A DNA stretch of 53,562 bases, counting the filler, from Streblomastix strix (lineage: Eukaryota), in assembly GCA_008636045.1 (NCBI GenBank). It is 3 parts of 3 records of this genome, joined end to end, with 100 filler letters (N's around TTAATTAATTAA, not from the genome) between each part and the next. Parts side by side here need not be neighbours in the genome. Positions count along the whole stretch, not along the records: positions 35,777 to 53,562 come from SNRW01000675.1; 2 more parts are not named here. One strand, 5' to 3'. The translations under genes and the position numbers were made by a program. The notes beneath the pieces were generated by a model. That model was not told the DNA's origin, did no database searches, and saw nothing but the letters and a program-made list of their open reading frames with translations. Positions 49,326-53,562 of the stretch are shown here, in pieces; the stretch's first letter is position 1; every line of letters starts with the position of its first letter.

Positions 49326-52300
49326 ATCGGAAACGGAACGGCGCAAAATCGAATAAAACTTTTGCCCACTCGAACAAATGCTAAAAATTCAACTAACTGT
49401 AATTCACACCAACTATTTCTATATCTTTTTTTAATATTTTTCTTGCAAATTTTTTCCTAAAAATAAAATAAATAATTACATATTAACTTTTTTAAAATAA
49501 ATTAAATTATTATTTATTTTATTAACTCTTATTTAAGATTAGAATCAGTAACTTTGAATGTAAATTTCATAATGCAGATTATTTCAATGAATATCTAGTA
49601 AACAAATAATTTCACATATATGAATTTACTAATTAAACATTTTTTTTATTTTTCCTTAGTTCAAAATGATATTATTTTAGTAAAACCATAATTAATTTAT
49701 AATGTCATTACGTATTTTTTTGTACAATTTGTATATTATTTGAGTTTATTACTAAGAATAATAAATTATGATGGTGTAAATATACACAAATATTGCTGAA
49801 ATGATATATTAAAGCATGTTATATTATTTAGAACGTCATATTACGCATATATAATTATTTCCATTTACATAGTCAATTCCAGCCTATTTAATAGATCCGT
49901 TATATGTTATTTCCATTTTTGCAGCCTCTTAATAAACTCTAAAATAAATATTTAAGACGTGACAAATAAGAAGATATATGCAGAAATCTATTTATCACAT
50001 AATTTGACCCTATTTTTCTGTATACTGATCTAGTGTTTCTTCTTCGATGTCTTCTTCATATTTTTCTCTATCATCGATTATTTCTTAAACTGCAGTTTTT
50101 CGATTTACTCTATATATCTTGTTAGTTCCATGAAGTTTGTGGTTAATAGACTATATTAATTATTCCTTGCTATTTTATTATTAAAAACTATTCTATCTTG
50201 ATCTTTGAGCTCTTCTTACATTTAATCAAACCATAAAGTTGAAATATTTTCCCAGTTTATCTAGAACTTAGAGTGTTTATAGCAATTGATTCAGAATTTC
50301 GTTCATTTTTCGTTGTTTTGGCAAAATTAGATGAATATTTCTCAGTTGAGCCAGAATTTTAATTATTTCTCACATTTGAGCAAGCATCTAGAAAATTATT
50401 CATAAATGAACTAAATCTTGGTGAATGTTTCACACAATGTCTAGATTTCTGACTTTAAAACACAGTTATTCTGAAAGTTATTCATTTATTCCATTTTTTT
50501 TACAATTTTATTTTATACGAAATATTTTCTTTTTTCTTAAAATTTTCATATTTTCATTTGAATAGCTAAATTTTCTTTTAAGTTACATCATAATACGTAT
50601 ATCATCATCATTTACCTATATTAAAATTAGATGGGCAAAACTTGCATCTTGTCTTTTCAAAATTCGTTCGTCTGGTTTATTAAATTTATCATTATTATCT
50701 TTTATACATTCATTTGTACAAACTCTTTTTGGAGACTATGGACAAAGACTTGTTCTTGATAATGATAATAATCGATTTGATTAATTTGTGATTTCTTAAT
50801 ACCCATCAATTGCATATAGAATCATTATTTATTCATTTTCATCTGCGGGGAGTAAAATTCCCCTTCAAGTCTTATGTTTAAATTTTTTATTTTGTTTTTT
50901 TTTATGAATTTCATATTTCAACGTTATTCTTTGAGTTTTCTTCTCCACTATTTATTAATTATTATGTCACTTGGTTATAATTTTTGCACTAAGTCTCATT
51001 TGAAAGTAATACATATTATTCCTGCATTTTGAAAAGTCTAATTTACAAGTTTGTTGTTTCAGGTTCTGTATCTTTCGAGAAAATATATTCAATTACATAT
51101 TTATATAATATCCTGATTAATGAAGGGAAATTAACTATTTTGCAAGCATTTGCTCAAACAAAAGAATTATTAAGTCGTCCATACTGTCAGTTTGGAAGCA
51201 AGTTAATAAATCTTCGTCAATTGTCTGTATATTTGATAAAAATAATTGAACGTTATCTTGTTCAACTGTAAAAAAAATTTAGGAGTTTTCTCTTTTTCAA
51301 GAGGATCAGCCATCATCTTTGAAATTTTATTACCAACTGCAGTGGAAACAGATAATATTCTTTTATTTCGTCTTGATTTTGCAAGTGGTATATTTTAATC
51401 TAAATTGACAACCACTCCATCATTGAATATTGCTAGATCATGGAATTACTGTGCAATTCTCTCAGTATAAATCAATCTGAACGATGCACATATGTTGGAT
51501 GCAAAGTCAGCAACTTATTTATTTTTGTCAAACAAATATTTTCTGTCAAACTTGATATTATGGACTTTACGGAACAATATGACATGCTCTTCAGATGGAT
51601 GTTTAACTTCTTACTAAAATCTTTTTCGCCAGCAGGAACTGGAGTGATATCGCAATGACTTTGTAAAACTCTTATTGTTCAACTTTGCAACATGCAACTT
51701 ATAAGAAACTTCAATTCTTGATGGATAGAATTTTTAAGCTTCCATTTATATGATTTCAGCAGCTACTTTGTCAAGCATCACTTTGGATAGATAAGACATA
51801 CGTCTCATTCAGTTTTTAATTTAGAAAGTTATGTCAATTATAATGCAATCAACATGGTGAACGAAAGCTGTGCAGTTATTCAAATATCTTCCGAAATGCG
51901 CTTAATTTGTCCTAGAAACAAAAACGCAGCTTTGACGACTTTTTCGAACAATGTAGGTTAATTTCTTACTTTTATCAAAGTAATGATAGATCTAGATTCT
52001 CCCATATTCCTTTGAAGAAAAAATTTAAATAGTTTTGAATTATAAATCAAAAAATAAAATATATTATTTAGATTTTTCAATTATTGGTTTATATTACAAT
52101 TATAATTTTTTATACATAAGATAAATAGAAACTGTAACAATAAAATAATTGAAAACATTTCAACTATTTCTTAATTTTGACATTATTAATTTATTTTATT
52201 TAAAAATGGATTGAAATTAAAAAATTTAAATTAATAAATGAAAATATAAAAAATATTTATTTATAAAAAAAAATTTTAAAAAATATTAAAATTAAATTTA

Positions 52301-52599
52301 CTTAAAAATATACATAGATATATTTTAATATATTTTTATTTATTAATATCATTAATGGCGCAAACTTACGGAAGAAGAGTAAAGAAACAAAAAAAAATTT
52401 TTATTTTTTTAAAAAAAAAGAAATTTAATTATCATCATCATTTATATTTTCAAACATCTTACATAATAAATGAAGATAAAGAGAGACGTGGAATGTCGAA
52501 GCTTGTTTTTCTAAAATGTTCTCAATAAGAGAAAATTTTATAACTTATTATTGAATTTATGGAACATAAGGAGCAGGTAACATTAAAAAATTCGTTTGA

Positions 52600-53100
52600 A
52601 CAAAGTTTTCACCAATATCACTTTCTGCAAGTATATCAATTTCGATTGTTTCGTCATATAACTCATATTTACAATCGAATATAGCCTTTAAGAAGTAATA
52701 TTGGAATTTTGTCCTTTGGAAAATATTTCCTTTAATTAGATCATGGTTCTTTTTTTTCAAATCGATATACACTCTTATTATTAATTAAATATAGTTCTTA
52801 CTATGTTTCACAAATTGATGAATGAAATTTTAGTTTTGAAAACCTTGAATAGTCAAATAAGCCCCATATTAATCACTTATAATTGTTGACCTTGATAGAA
52901 AGCTATTTATAACTACTATTTATAATGTTTACACATTTCGTTTTCGAACAGTCTTTGTTAATGTTTTATAGCAATTTTTTGCTACAAAACTGCATTCAAT
53001 ATCTCCAGATATACAAATCAAAGAATTATTATTTTTTGACCGTTATACTATAATCCGCACAATACATTCCCATCTATTTCAACTTTAATACCTGGTCAAT
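52600..53100 (-). pseudogene. Decayed Merlin/ISXO2 (IS1595-like) transposase remnant
   Basis: PGIKVEIDG...QYNG, VRKRNVQTLQTIVINSFLSRSTIISDQYGAY resemble the ISXO2 pattern VEIDE...R...TL...I..GSTIISD.W.AY. Confidence 0.5.
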
Positions 53101-53562
53101 AAAACAATTATTATTCTAAAATTTCCAACTAGGCTCAATTTTGATGAAATAGTCGATTGAATTAATTTAAATTATTTGTATTAAACTTTTGAAAAAATTA
53201 GTTTAAATTTAAATTGTTTTTTTCTAGAAATGCTTACCATTTATAATATCTGACGTATAATTATTCGATTTTAACGAAAAAAATTCTAAATCAGTTTTTT
53301 TTTAATATTCTTACATCTCTATTGCTTTAATCTGCTGTAGTTCTTATAATTAAACCTTATATTCTTGAAGTATTTTGAATATTTTGTAAATTTAATTAAG
53401 ATGGAATGAATTAGAAGATATTCAATAGTAGGAACATCAATCGATAATTTTTAAATTATTTAAATTTTTATTGGCCAAAAGATCCCATTTCAAAAATCTC
53501 AGAATCTTTTTATCGTTCATATTTACAATTTAAATGAAAATTTTAAATACATAATTTTTTCT

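Noticed and set aside
49900..52050. Less AT-rich minus-strand stretches resembling a decayed gene or transposase
   Set aside because: No recognisable motif; cannot be called without a homology search.

Overview
AT-rich eukaryotic (flagellated protist) DNA that uses a ciliate-type genetic code (TAA/TAG = Gln, TGA = only stop), so the supplied ORF track is artificially fragmented. Code, gene families and intron style fit an oxymonad such as Streblomastix (inference). The window is three contigs joined by artificial 100-nt N/TTAATTAATTAA linkers (17790-17889, 35677-35776). Contig 1 holds the 3' part of a decayed DIRS-type tyrosine-recombinase (YR) retrotransposon, decayed surface-protein genes, a decayed hAT transposase, a hAT MITE with a perfect 8-bp TSD, and the 5' part of a beta-helix surface protein. 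Contig 2 holds a ~1700-aa modular beta-helix surface protein and a protein-kinase pseudogene interrupted by nested elements. These are a 3.1-kb TA-flanked pogo/Fot1-like transposon whose transposase is fused in frame to an OTU deubiquitinase-like domain (the most unusual feature), a full-length 5.6-kb DIRS element with ITRs and ICR inserted next to a sequence that mirrors its own end, and an orphan TIR. Contig 3 holds a DNAH1-like axonemal dynein heavy chain (3'-truncated) and decayed transposase relics.
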